This document shows, piece after piece, positions 14,365 to 27,017 of a DNA stretch of 64,000 nt; within the stretch, counting starts at the first letter, position 1; the number at the start of each line of letters is the position of its first letter. The translations under genes and the position numbers were made by a program. This DNA is from Octopus sinensis (lineage: Eukaryota). The notes below the pieces were generated by a model. That model worked only from the letters and a program-made list of their open reading frames with translations. It was not told the origin of the DNA and did not search any database. The stretch is from the NCBI RefSeq assembly GCF_006345805.1, contig NC_043018.1:26412001-26476000 (forward strand), given 5' to 3'.

Positions 14365-15400
14365 TGTGAGGGTGTGTCACTATATCTTTGTGAGGGTGTG
14401 TGGGGAGGTGTCTGTGTGAGGGTGTGTAGCTGTGTGTGTGAGTATGTAGTTATGTTTGTGAGGGGGCATGTGATCATCTGTTGGGGTGCGTGGCTGTGTG
14501 TGTGGAGGTGTGTGACTGTGTGTGTGAGAGTGTGTGGCTATATGTGAGGCTGTGTGTGGGGGGGGGTATGTGTGACTGTGAAGGTGTGTGGCAATCTGTG
14601 TGAGAGTATGTGGCTGTGTGTATGTATGTGTGTGAGGGTATGTAGCTATGTCTGTGAATGTAATGTGACTGCCTGTGAGGCTGTGTGGCTTGGTGTGAGG
14701 GTGTGTGTCTACGTCTGTGTGAGGGTATGTGGCTATATATGTGTGTGGGTATACAGTTGTGTCCATGTGAGGATGAGGGTGTGTGGGTGTGTGTGTGTAA
14801 GATGTGTGGCTCTGTGCATGTAAGATGTATGGCTATGTGTGTGAGGGTGTGTGGCTATCTCTGTATGAGAGTATGTGGCTGTGTGTGTGTGTGCAAGAAG
14901 GTATGTAGTTATGTCTGTAAGGGTATGTGACTGTCTGTGAGGATGTGTGACTGTGAGGGTTGGGCGAAATGCTTAGCGGTATTTCGTCTGCCGTTATGTT
15001 GTGAGTTCAAATTCCGCCGAGGTCGACTTTGCCTTTCATCCTTTCGGGGTCGATAAATTAAGTACCAGTTACGCACTGGGGTCGATGTAATTGACTTAAT
15101 ACCTATGTCTGTCCTTGTTTGTCCCCTCTATGTTTAGCCCCTTGGGGGTAATAAAGAAATAGGTATGTGGCTATATCCTGGTGTGGGTATATGGTTGTGT
15201 CCATGTGAGGGTATGTGGCTGTGTGTGTGTGTGAGGGTATGTGACTGTTCGTGTGGGAGGAGGGGTATCTGTGTCTGTGTGATGATATACGGGTGTGTCC
15301 ATGTGGGAGTATGTGACTCTGTCTGTGTGAGGGTATGTGTGTGTGTGTCTGTGTGTGAGTGTATGTTGCTATATATCTGTGGCCGTAACTGTGTCAGGGA
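14365..15400. repeat. Degenerate GT-rich minisatellite (gtgtgagggtatgtggct-like units), interrupted by a family-1 SINE at about 14961-15161
   Basis: Repeated gagggt(a/g)tgtg motifs. Confidence 0.8.
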
Positions 15401-15810
15401 ATCTTGCTGTGCGTGCGAACATGCTCGAAGCATATGGTGCATATAGCTCTGAATAACTTTTCCAAAATACATTGAACTAATCATTATTATTGATTTCATT
15501 TACTGGAATATTGTTTAAAATATCGCCTTTAACAAATACAGCTGTAGATAATTTTAAGTGCTACACACGTAATTGAGACTTAAGCTTCCCCAAAACGGAA
15601 TTCATTTTATCTTTAACAATATTTAGTTGATCGAAGCTACACACTTTCATAGTGACAGGTGGGGGCGTGAGAGAGAGAGAAAATATTCCTGTTTCTGACA
15701 GTGAATAAGACACGGCCTGTTAGGCTTAACCCTTTAGCATTCAAATTATTACTCTGTCAAATCTATCGCTTATTTATTCACGTTGTTTTGAATTAATCAT
15801 GCATTATCTG

Positions 15811-16223
15811 TTTCTTTATTACCCACATGGGGGCTAAACATAAGAGGGACAAACAAGGACAGACAAACGGATTAAGTCGATTACATCGACTCCAGTGCGT
15901 AACTGGTACTTAATTTATCGACCCCAAAAGGACGAAAGGCAAAGTCGACCTCGGCGGAATTTGAACTCAGAACATAAAGACAGACGAAATACCTATTTCT
16001 TTACTACCCACAAGGGGCTAAACATAGAGGGGACAAACAAGGACAGACAAATGGATTAAGTCGATTACATCGACTCCAGTGCGTAACTGGTACTTAATTT
16101 ATCGACCCCGAAAGGACAAAAGGCAAAGTCGACCTCGGCAGAATTTGAACTCAGAACATAAAGGCGAATGAAATGCCGCTAAGCATTTTGCATGGCATGC
16201 TAACTATTCTGCCAGCTCACCAC
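15811..16223 (-). mobile_element. Family-1 SINE head-to-tail dimer inserted in a piggyBac-like MITE
   Basis: 185-nt internal repeat. The MITE sequence is split at ttatct, which is present on both sides. Confidence 0.85.
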
Positions 16224-16859
16224 CCTTATCTTGTAGCTTTGAGATTTCGATGATATCTTTTACCATTTGTCTCCCACTTATTTCCATCGTTAGACTGTGG
16301 CTATGCTGGGGTACGCCTTGAAGAATTTTTGGCTATGCTGGGGTATGCCTTGAAGAATTTTTAATCAAACAAATCGACCCCAGTACTTTTCTATTTTAAA
16401 GCATAGTGCTTATTTTATTGATATCTTTTGCTGAACCACTAGGTTATGGGGATGTCAACACACCAACACCATTTACCAAGTGGTGGTGGTGGGGGAGGCA
16501 AACATAGACACATAGAAATACACTCAAATCGTCATCATCATTATTTAACGTCCATTGTCCATGCTGCCATGGTTCGGACGGTTTGAACAGAGCTGAGGAG
16601 CTGCATCAAACTCCAGCCTGATTTGGCATGGTCCCTATGGCTGGATGTTCTTCTTAACACCAACCACTTTACAGAGTTGGCATTATACATGATGGGCTGC
16701 TTTCAGTTTCCATCTACCAAATCCACTCATAAGGCTTTGGTCAGCCCAAGACTGCAGTAGAAGGCACATGCCCAAGGTGACATGCAGTGGGATTGAACCT
16801 GGAACCAGGTGGTTGGGAAGCAAACTTCTTATTCTTACCATACAGCCATACCTGCACCT

Positions 16860-16920
<61 letters not shown>

Positions 16921-17034
16921 TCATATATATGCATGTCTGTGAATGTGTGTATATAGTAGACATCCACACATTTCCTGTTGACAAAATTCCACTTAGAATG
17001 CATTCTTGAAACAGGAGCCACAAACAAGGTGTCA

Positions 17035-17475
17035 CATCATCATCATCATTGTTCAACCGTGGTCGAGACAATGGAATTTACCATGCTATGCCAGACTTCA
17101 CGGTCCATCATAGCATTACGGAGGTCCTGTTGCTGGATGCCTGTATCCCCAGAGATTATGTAGGAGAGTGTGTGACCTCTGGTATTGTGAGTAGATGGCT
17201 TCTAGAGGAGAAGAGTAGAAATTGTCTCGTTTTCAACTCTACAACAATGTCCAGCAAACTGGACTCTCCTACCTTTCACAAGAGATGACAAAGGTGGTAG
17301 TTTCCCATATATTTGCATTTTGGTTGGATGACGCTTCCACGAGAGATTTTGAGCTCTCATAAGGAAGCAAGTGTAAGTTCCATCCAACCGCCTCTCGAGC
17401 TTCTTTGATAACATCCAGGTTTCTGAACCACATAGTAGAATTGGTTCGATTGTGGCTTTGAAGATTTCAAGTGTA
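17035..17475 (-). mobile_element. 3' fragment of a second RTE-like LINE family
   Basis: Minus-strand EIFKATIEPILLCGSETWMLSKKLERRLDGTY...RRVQFAGHCCR is a typical post-RT C-terminus. It ends in a (TGA)n tail at 17035-17049. Confidence 0.8.
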
Positions 17476-18085
17476 ACTTACACCCCAAGGTGTCATACAT
17501 TGGCATGAAACTTGGACCCACTCTCCGATAACATTTTTATTTATTTATTTTTGTTGAGAAATTAGTTTACCAGTCTTGCCCTTTCTCAATGATAAACTGG
17601 TCGCTCTTCTGATGAATAAGTCTGTTCTTGAAATCTTTTGCCATTACTATTTGAGTGCTAAAAATCTGTAATTTCTGACTATGAGCCGAGCCCCAAAGTA
17701 TTAAGATCTCAAGTAAAATCATTTGCTATCGGTCCAAACTACTTAATTATTACTTAAGAAGAGGGAAATGGCAGAGGTGGCTGAACTACGTAACATTGTC
17801 AAGAAAATAACTATTTCTATTCTATCCCTCTGATCTTGTTCCCTTTGATCTGCAAAATGTTCTGTTCCAAGCTGCTTACACTATTCTTGCTACTAATTTA
17901 CAGAAAACTACTGTTGCCAATTTATTTGTATTTCTTTTACAAGAATTTCTTCTGTGAAGTATTTTACTTGAAATTACTTTAAAGTTATCCGACGGGAAGA
18001 TTTCCTTCCAACTATTAATATAGGTTAAGTAGAAGAAAAGTTCTCATTAGATATCTGATGAGAAACGAAATATATCTATATCATG

Positions 18086-18124
<39 letters not shown>

Positions 18125-18294
18125 AGAAAGAGAGAGATATAGATACACACACATACATACATATAGAAATACACACACATATATATACACATACATAAAT
18201 AGACATATATATATATACACATTCATATATATATATACATATATATATACACACACATACATATATGTATATATATATATACATATATATATAT

Positions 18295-18327
<33 letters not shown>

Positions 18328-18372
18328 CATACATACACACGTCTATATATATATATACACACACATATGTAC

Positions 18373-18436
<64 letters not shown>

Positions 18437-19036
18437 GCATATATATACACACACACACATATATATACATACACACATCTATATATATATATACATGCAC
18501 ACACACACATCTATGTATCTATGTATGTGTGTGTGTGTATGTGTGTGTGTGTGTGTGTAATGCCATTTTAAAAGCATTAGAAAACTATAACGACCGTATA
18601 ATTGGCAACCTTTGAGCCAGCCTCAGTCAGTTTCACTTTAAATGATACAGCAACATGGCCAAAAGATTCTGAAGATAATCTTGTAGTGGCTGTATAATTT
18701 GACTTGCCGAACATTTTGAGGGAGAAAAAAAAAATTTGTCTTTCTACAAATTATCCAAACTGAATGGCCAAACCATGCACAGTTTTTATTTGTTCTTCAT
18801 TTGCTTTGTATCTATTTTGTATTTTTTCTCTCTTAGCTTTTTTTTTATTTGTTTCTCCTTATTTCCCTCTGTCTCTCTCTCTCCCTCTATATGTGTATGT
18901 ATGTTTATATATATATGCTTTCCAACCACATGGTTCTGGGTTCACTTCCACTGCATGGCACCTTGGGCAAGAGCCTTCTACTACAGTATCACACTGACCA
19001 GAGCCTTGTGAGTGGATTTGGTCAACAGAAACTGAA

Positions 19037-19252
19037 GGCAGCGAGCTGGCAGAAACGTTAGCACACCGGGCAAAATGCTTAGCGGTATTTCATCTGCCAT
19101 TACGTTCTGAGTTCAAATTCCACCATGGTTTACTTTACCTTTCATCCCTTCAGGATCGATAAATTAAGTACCAGTTACGCACTGGGGTTGATGTAATCAA
19201 TTTAATCCCTTTGTCTGTCCTTGTTTGTCCCCTTGTGGACAGTAAAGAAATA
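19037..19252 (+). mobile_element. Family-1 SINE inserted in a family-2 SINE
   Basis: TSD AGAAACTGAA at 19027-19036 and 19253-19262. Confidence 0.85.
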
Positions 19253-19537
19253 AGAAACTGAAAGAAGCCTGTTTTATATGTGCATGTGTGTACGTGTGTG
19301 TGTGTTTGTTTGTTTGTTCCCCACCATTACATGACAACTATTGTTGGTTTGTTTATGTCCCCATGACTTAGCAATTTGGCAAAAGCGACTGATAGCATAA
19401 GTACCAGGCTTTAAAAGAACATAAGTACCAGGGTCGATTTATTCAACTAAAAAAAAAAAATCCTTGAAGGTGGTGCCCCTGCATGACTCAATCTAAAGAC
19501 TGAAGTAAGTAAAAGATAATATATCTATATATATGTA

Positions 19538-19590
<53 letters not shown>

Positions 19591-19847
19591 ATACTGGTTA
19601 TGGCTATTTATTGATCCTTTATTCCCCTGAAGGTGATGAGGAAAATCTTCTAATTTTCTGTGAACCATGTACATATTCAGTTTTAATGGAATAGTTATTC
19701 TTGGACATAATTGTGCAAATAAAGATGGCTTAGCATTAGCATATGATTTCACAGGTAACGATTTGCATTCAGTTCTAGAAAGACAACCCTTGTTTTTTTT
19801 CCTTTTTGTCATTCTTGAAATTTTTACAAATCTGTTCCATTTTACAG

Positions 19848-19968
19848 GGGCTGCTGAAAAAAGCTCCAAGCATGGAGCTGAAGATAAAACCCATAATATA
19901 ATCATGGCAATGAAAGATAGAATGAAAGCACGCGAAAAGAATAAACCTGAAATATTTGAGCTTATCCG
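19848..19968 (+). CDS. unc-13: UNC-13 exon C ([14 protein letters not shown]...KPEIFELIR), C1-C2B linker
   Basis: tttacag acceptor, gtaag donor, 121 nt, phase 1/2. The split codon A+GG gives Arg and continues [14 protein letters not shown] as in UNC-13. Confidence 0.96.
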
Positions 19969-20174
19969 GTAAGATTTTTTCTTTTTTGTTTACCAATAAT
20001 TGATGCATGTGTGGTTAAGAAGCTTGCTTTGCAACAACAAGGTTTTGGGTTCAACTTCACCACATGACCCCTAGAACAAATGCCAGGTTTTTTTTTTAGT
20101 TGCTGCCACAGATTTTCGTTGGTTTTTTTATTCAATTTTGTTCCAACTGTTTTCAAATTTGGCTTTAACTGATT

Positions 20175-20425
20175 TCATCATCATCATCATTTAACCTCCG
20201 TTTTCCATGCTAGCATGGGTTGAACGGTTCGACCAGGGTCTGGAAACCCAGGAAGCTGCACCAGGCTCAAGTCTGATCTGGCAGTGTTTCTACAGCCGGA
20301 TGCCCTTCCTAACGCCAACCACTCCGAAAGTGTAGTGGGTGCTTTTTACGTGCCACCGACACAAGGGCCAGAGGAAGCTGGCAACGTCCACGATTGGATG
20401 GTGCTCTTTACGTGCCACCACCAGC
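20175..20425 (-). mobile_element. RTE LINE 3'UTR end (truncated copy)
   Basis: Reverse complement of the 25560-25798 sequence type, with a (TCA)n tail. Older copies at about 37905-38198(-), 42137-42330(-), 43183-43355(+) and 50175-50460(-). Confidence 0.85.
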
Positions 20426-22409
20426 GTGTATGAAAATGACATCCGTTTTTGCCATAATTTTTGGTTCACTAAAACCTTGCAGACGAAATTCAACCAACCT
20501 CAGTTGTGTAGGAAGCCAGTCGCAAGGACCATTCATAGTTCTGGCTGGTAGATGTAATTCATTGCCCAATTTACTGACATCAGATGGCCTTAGAGGCTGT
20601 TACCAGCATTTAAATCTGAGCTTTGGTGTGAGGGTAACTTCATTCCTCCTTCCCCACACCCAGCATTCTCAGGGTCTATGGGAAATGGCTATGGACATTT
20701 CCCTTCTTTAAGTAAGTGATGTCTGAAAGAAAAAAAAGAAAATTAATAAATAAACATATATATATAACAGGGTCAGACGTGGCTGTGTGGTTAGACGTTT
20801 TCATCCCAACCACATGGTTCTGGGTTCAGTCCCACTGCATGGCACCTTGGGCAAGTGTCATCTACTAAAGCCTCAGGCTGATCGAGGCCTTGTGAGTGGA
20901 TTTGGTAGGCGGAAACTAAAAGAAGCTCATTGTATGTGTGTCTTTGTGTCTGGCTTTCAAATTCCTGTTTTCTGATCAGAATGCATCAAAAATGATTTCT
21001 TATTCCTAATTTGAGAATTTGGAATGGCAGGCATTCTGTAAAGCAGTTGGTAACACTATCAACTGCAAAGCAATAAATGTATGGCTCAAGTCCAACTGGT
21101 GAATCTATCATCCTGCATTCATTTCTATCACAAACTGACTCTTAAAACACATCATGCCATTTCTCTTAACCTTATCGACCACTCAGTCATAGCCAAGTAC
21201 TGTGTGGGATGATGTAACACCCAGGAGCACAATTCTGTCATCCAATAATTGATAGATGTCAGCTTTGAAAAAAATTGATATCTGTATTTTATAAAATGCG
21301 TATGCATTGGAAATATTATGCCACAGCAGAAACCATTTCCAACATCAAACAACTGAAGTTCCTCTGTTGCCCTCCTATGGACTTTTCTTGCCAAGTCTAA
21401 ATCACCAATACAATAATTTATTCTGGATTTCATTTCATGTGTGTGTGTGTGTGTGGTGTGTGTGTTGTGTGTGTGTGGGTATGGATGTGTGGTAAGAAGT
21501 TTCCTTCCCAACCAAATGGTCTGGGTTCAGTCCCACTGTGTGGCACTGAAGCTGAGTGTCTTTTGCTATAGCCCTAGGCTGACCAAAGCCTTGTGGTAGA
21601 TGGAAACTGAAAGAAGCTCATTATTTATGTGTGTGTGTGTGTGTGTGTAAGTGTCTGCGCATGCATGCAAATGCATGTGTGGTGCTCTCTTTTTGATTTG
21701 ACATAGTGCAATAGTTGAAAATGATTGTTACCATCATGCAAGTGAAGTCCTTAGTTTGCAGTTTTCTTTGAAAGCATGTCTGATTATGGGGAAATATTAC
21801 CTCACTTGGAAACAGGTGAAGGTTGGCATAGTTAATGGCATGGAAATAATATTTACAGCATAGCTAAGATGACTGTTAGTTGTAACCTTATAATAAAATC
21901 TTAATTCCTCTTCAGCTGGGAACCACATCAATATTGAACAGCTGATCCAGAGATTTCCGTTTCTCTGTCAATTTCTGTCTATTTTTGGCTGACAATATTT
22001 TAACATTAGAATAGCAAGCACTGGTTATTTTGGGTTTCCTGTATTCTCGCCTCAAGAAATTTCCATTCTGTATTTATGTATATATATTGAACTTTAAAAT
22101 AATTTATTTAAAGCCATCCAATATCACAAACTCTGACCATTGTTGTAAGTGATATTATCTATCCCAAAAGTGACAAGGGAGTTCTTAGTTGCCAGTCTTT
22201 TGTTTAGCTGTTTTTCTAATTCTGGCTTGATATTTCCAACATACTGTTATATTTTTTCTTGCCCATCCTCCCTGAAGATCTTTCTTTTTTTTTCTTGGAA
22301 ATTTAATAAAAAAAATTTTCCTAAAAATTGAAATAAGCTATAAAGTTTCAATTTTCTGACAAAAATCTTTATATTTTTCTGTATACATTTCTCCATCTTT
22401 CTTGCTCTC

Positions 22410-22572
<163 letters not shown>

Positions 22573-22574
22573 AC

Positions 22575-22694
22575 TTTATTTAAAAGCAGCAGAAATTCAA
22601 CAAAACCTGTTACTTGGAGTTTCACGTTCCTGTTCGTCGGACAGTTTTGTGAAAACTCCGGGTAACAGTTTTGTTGAATTTCTGCTGCTTTTAA

Positions 22695-22699
<5 letters not shown>
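22575..22699 (-). mobile_element. Small fold-back element with HHR-like motif (22607-22644)
   Basis: Terminal arms tttatttaaaagcagcagaaattcaacaaaa and their complement. Same family as 34738-34875. In (TA)n. Confidence 0.75.
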
Positions 22700-22727
<28 letters not shown>

Positions 22728-22730
<3 letters not shown>

Positions 22731-24968
22731 GTCTGGAAGCTTAAAGCCCCTGCGAATTTAGAGATATGTTACTTGAAGCCTTTGACGAAGTGGAAGGGGG
22801 TATAGCTACCATGGGTAGAAGACAACTGGACGTTTCTGAGGGACAACCTGCTGAAAGCCGCTGACCAGATCTGTGGCTGGTGCAAAGTCCCCTTAAGACC
22901 CAAATAACGTGGTGGTGGAAATAATTGTTTTGACAGGGCTATTAGACAAAAGAAACAGGCTTGGAAGGCCTGGAAGAACGGTGGTAGCAGGGAAGGGTAT
23001 CAGACTGCCAGAAGGGAAGCTAGGAGACAGTCTATCTAGCCGAGGGGAAGCAGATAAGAGAAAATTTGCCAATGTCCTGCGCCGTGAGGATGAAAGACTT
23101 GAGGTATTTCGTGTTGCAAGACAGTGGTGAGAGAGAATCGTGATGTGGTAGGAGAGAAATGTGTTCGCATGGAGGATGGTTCACTTGCACTAAATGAGGA
23201 TGCAAAGAGAGAAGCTGGAGACGCCACTATGAAAGGTTACTGAATGAGGAAAATGAATGGGATAAAGAGAGTCTGCCGAATGTTGACCCTACAGAGGGAC
23301 CAGCTATCCGAGTTGATAGTTCCGTGGTAGCTAAGGCAATTAGAAGCATGAAGACAGGAAAGCCCCAGGCCCATCAGAATTACTGCAGAGATGCTCAAAA
23401 TATCTGGCAGTGTCGGCTATAACCTAGTCACCCGTATAGTCAACCAGGTGATACACGAAGGAGTCATACCCAATGACTGGTGCAGCAGCATACTAGTCAA
23501 CTGCTACAAAGGTAAAGGTGATGCCCTAGATACAAATAATTACAGAGGTATCAAGCTGTTGGATCAAGTAATGAAGGTTACGGAGAGGGTCATAGCCCAA
23601 CTAATTAGAGAGAGAGTTAGTTTAGATGAGATGCAGTTTGGGTTCGTGCCAGGAAAAAGTACCACTGATGCTATATTCCTGGTAAGGCGCAGCTGCAGGA
23701 GAAATACCTAGCCAAAGATAAGCCCCTGTACCTGGCTTTCGTTGACATGGAGAAAGCTTTTGATAGGGTCCCCCGATCCCTTATCTGGTGGTCAATGAGG
23801 AAACTAGGGATAGATGAATGGCTGGTGAGGACTGTGCAAGCCATGTACAGAGATGCCGTAAGTAAGGTTAGGGTTGGCAACATGTACACAGAAGAATTCA
23901 AAGTAGAGGTTGGGGTCCACCAGGGTTCAGTACTCAGCCCCCTCCTATTTATCATAGTACTCTCCAGGCAATTACGGAGGAATTCAAGACAGGCTGTCCC
24001 TGGGAGCTCCTCTACGCTGACGACCTTGCTCTTATTGCTGAGTCACTATCAGAACTGGAGGAGAAGTTCCAGGTGTGGAAGGAGGGTTAGAATCAAGGGG
24101 CCTTAGAGTCAACCTAGCTAAAACCAAAGTACTAATAAGTAGAAAGGTAGACAATCCACAAATATCTTCAGGAAGATGGCCCTGCTCGATCTGTAGAAAA
24201 GGTGTAGGTAGAAACTCTATAAGATGTACCCAGTGTAAGCTATGGACACATAAGAGGTGCAGCAATGTCAAAGGTAGGCTAACTGGGAAGATAGTTTTTG
24301 TATGTGGCAGATGCTCGGGAGCATTAACCTCCGAAAATCTGCAGAAAACAACTTCCGTCACTTTCCAGGGGGAAAAACTAGAAGTAGTTGATAGCTTCCG
24401 TATCTAGGTGACCAAGTCAGTAGTGGGGGTGGGTGCGCTGAAAGTGTAACTGCTAGAATAAGAATAGCCTGGGCAAAGTTTAGGGAGCTCTTACCTCTGC
24501 TGGTGACTAAAGGCCTCTCGCTCAGAGTAAAAGGCAGACTGTATGATGCGTGTGTACGAACAGCCATGCTACATGGCAGCGAAACATGGGCTGTGACTGC
24601 TGAGGACATGCGTAAGCTCGTGAGGAATGAAGCCAGTATGCTCCGATGGATGTGTAATGTCAGTGTACATACTCGACAGAGCGTTAGCACCTTGAGAGAA
24701 ATGTTGTACCTAAGAAGCATCAGTTGTGGTGTGCAAGAGAGACGATTGCGCTGGTATGGTCATGTGGCGAGAATGGATGAAGATAGGTGTGTGGAGAAAG
24801 TGCCAATCCCTAGCAGTTGAGGGAACCCGTGGAAGAGGTAGACCCAGGAAAACCTGGGACGAGGTGGTGAAGCACGACCTTCGAACTTTAGGCCTCACTG
24901 AGGAAATGACCAGAGACCGAGACCTTTGGAAATATTCTGTACGTGAGAAGACCAGGCAGGACAAGTGA
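22728..24968 (+). pseudogene. Frameshifted reverse-transcriptase ORF of the RTE LINE, with a C4HC3 finger at 24183-24314
   Basis: ORF-track pieces 22909-23130, 23391-23711, 23747-24106, 24075-24407, 24503-24820 and 24726-24968 are collinear parts of one protein in shifting frames. Confidence 0.9.
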
Positions 24969-25798
24969 GCCCAGCCCACTTATGAATGCCTTTCCTCCCT
25001 TGGACACAAAGACCGGTTGAGGCAAGCGAAGTCGATATAGAACCTCATCCGACGACAGACACCCATCCCAACCCCCCATGCTTGCGAAGACATGTTGGGG
25101 CAACGAAATCGAAATCGAAACCGAATTGAACCAGCCAGGATCCCTGGCCTGGTGGTACGTAAAAAGCACTATCCGACTCGGGGCCGTGGCACGTAAAATA
25201 CTCTCCAATGCGACCGTACGACAGGCACCCATGCCAACCCCCTTTGCTTGTGAAGACATGTTGGGGCAAGCGAAATCGAAATCGAATTGAACCAGCCAGG
25301 ATCCCTGGTCTGGTGGTACGTAAAAAGCACTATCCTCGACTCGTGGCCGTGGCACGTAAAATACTCCAATGCGACCGTACGACAGGCACCCTTGCCAACC
25401 CCCTTTGCTTGTGAAGACATGTTGGGGCAAGCGAAATCGAAATCGAATTGAACCAGCCAGGATCCCTGGTCTGGTGGTACGTAAAAAGCACTATCCGACT
25501 CGTGGCCGATGCCAGCACCACCGCCTCGACTGCTTCCGTGCCGGTGGCACATAATACAACCCAATCTGACTGTGGCCGTTGCCAGCCCCGCCTGGCACCT
25601 GTGCAGGTGGCACGTAAAAAGCACACCCACTACACTCACGGAGTGGTTGGCGTTAGGAAGGGCATCCAGCTGTAGAAACATTGCCAAATTAGACTGGAGC
25701 CTGGTGCAGCCTTCTGGCTTCCCAGAACCCCGGTCGAACCGTCCAACCCATGCTAGCATGGAGAACGGACGTTAAACGACGATGATGATGATGATGAT
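22728..25798 (+). mobile_element. 5'-truncated RTE-clade LINE (lacks APE endonuclease), inserted in (TA)n, with ~830-nt 3'UTR and (GAT)n tail
   Basis: Frameshifted RT segments include KAPGPS, NYRGIKLL, QFGFVPGKSTTDAIF, FVDMEKAFDRV, GVHQGSVLSPLLF and YADD (24013-24024). RTE-type C-terminus RRLRWYGHV and RGRPRKTW, stop at 24966-24968. (TA)n on both flanks. Confidence 0.93.
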
Positions 25799-26053
25799 AT
25801 ATATATATATATATATACATATATATATAGAAAATAGTAAAGAGTGAAAAAACTACAGAAGGTTTGTTTTATAAGGTTAAAGAATATATTTGAGTCATTA
25901 CGTCAGAAGAATGTTATAAAATTCTTTCATACAGTAACATAGTTTTTGAAGAAATTACCGGTTTCGTGTTAACTTTTCAAATTTCTCAAATGTCTTTATC
26001 TACATCGTGTTATGTCTTCATATATATATATCTGCATTTTTTTACAATTTTAG

Positions 26054-26160
26054 GCAAGTTTTTGGTGTTGATAAGAAATCACATTCAGGTCATATGAAAG
26101 CTGTGAAACAGAGTGTGCTTGATGGAACTTCGAAATGGTCAGCTAAAATTGCCATTACGG
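26054..26160 (+). CDS. unc-13: UNC-13 exon D (QVFGVDKK...[15 protein letters not shown]), ends at the start of C2B
   Basis: ttttag acceptor, gtaag donor, 107 nt, phase 2/1. Split codon CG+G gives Arg. Contains the conserved [12 protein letters not shown] motif. Confidence 0.96.
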
Positions 26161-26243
26161 GTAAGTTTACCTTTGAATTCAGCCCAGTAATCCTCCATGT
26201 TAATCCACATTTTATGTTTATTCAGTAATTAATTAATTAATTA

Positions 26244-26464
26244 TCAACCCATTGGCATTCAGATTACTCTGTCAAATGAAATGTATATGTATTCTGATTG
26301 CTTGGAATTAATTGTGCATTATATCATTGCTTCGAAATTTCAATGTGGTGGTCGCTTATTTTTACAGAGACATTGTAGAGTAGATGCAGGAGGCTTGATT
26401 TGGCTAATTTTTAACAGGTGGACTATTTTGGCTAGATATGGCCAGTTTAAATGCTAAAAAGTAA
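26244..26464 (+). mobile_element. piggyBac-like MITE, degenerate
   Basis: gcattcagattactctgtcaaatg ... gatatggccagtttaaatgctaaa, as in 11562-11790. Confidence 0.7.
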
Positions 26465-26692
26465 GCTCAAAAATTCATGAAATTATTGCATGTACATTTT
26501 CCTAATTACCGAAGCCAGATATTAGGACTTAAATGTGTATATATTTTTCTAACTACTTATGTTGGATATTTGTATATAATATATATATATATATATATAT
26601 TTCAACAATTGAGGGTAAAATTAATTAATTAATCAATTTCACCAAGTGTTCAGTATGCAAAGGGACCATTTAAGGCGAATTTAAATTATTAC

Positions 26693-26970
26693 ATTATATA
26701 AAAGGGCTTAGTAAAATAAATTACTTTGCCGCATACTGAACTCATTAGAAATAGCAGCTAAAAAAACATTTATAAAACTATTTCTAATACTTAAAGAAAA
26801 CCTCTCTCATATAGTGTTTGCTCAATTCAACTCACGGAAGTTGAATTGAGCAAACACTATATGAGAGAGGTTTTCTTTAAGTATTAGAAATAGTTTTATA
26901 AATGTTTTTTTAGCTGCTATTTCTAATGAGTTCAGTATGCGGCAAAGTAATTTATTTTACTAAGCCCTTT

Positions 26971-26978
<8 letters not shown>
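26693..26978. repeat. Perfect inverted repeat, 140-bp arms, 6-nt loop (CACGGA, 26833-26838)
   Basis: Base-by-base reading shows the arms 26693-26832 and 26839-26978 are exact reverse complements. Confidence 0.92.

Positions 26979-27017
<39 letters not shown>

Noticed and set aside
24183-24314. Idea that the LINE Cys/His finger was captured from the unc-13 C1 exon
   Set aside because: Only the generic C-x2-C-x4-H-x2-C spacing is shared. The ligand order differs (C4HC3 versus HC4HC2) and I see no extended nucleotide similarity.
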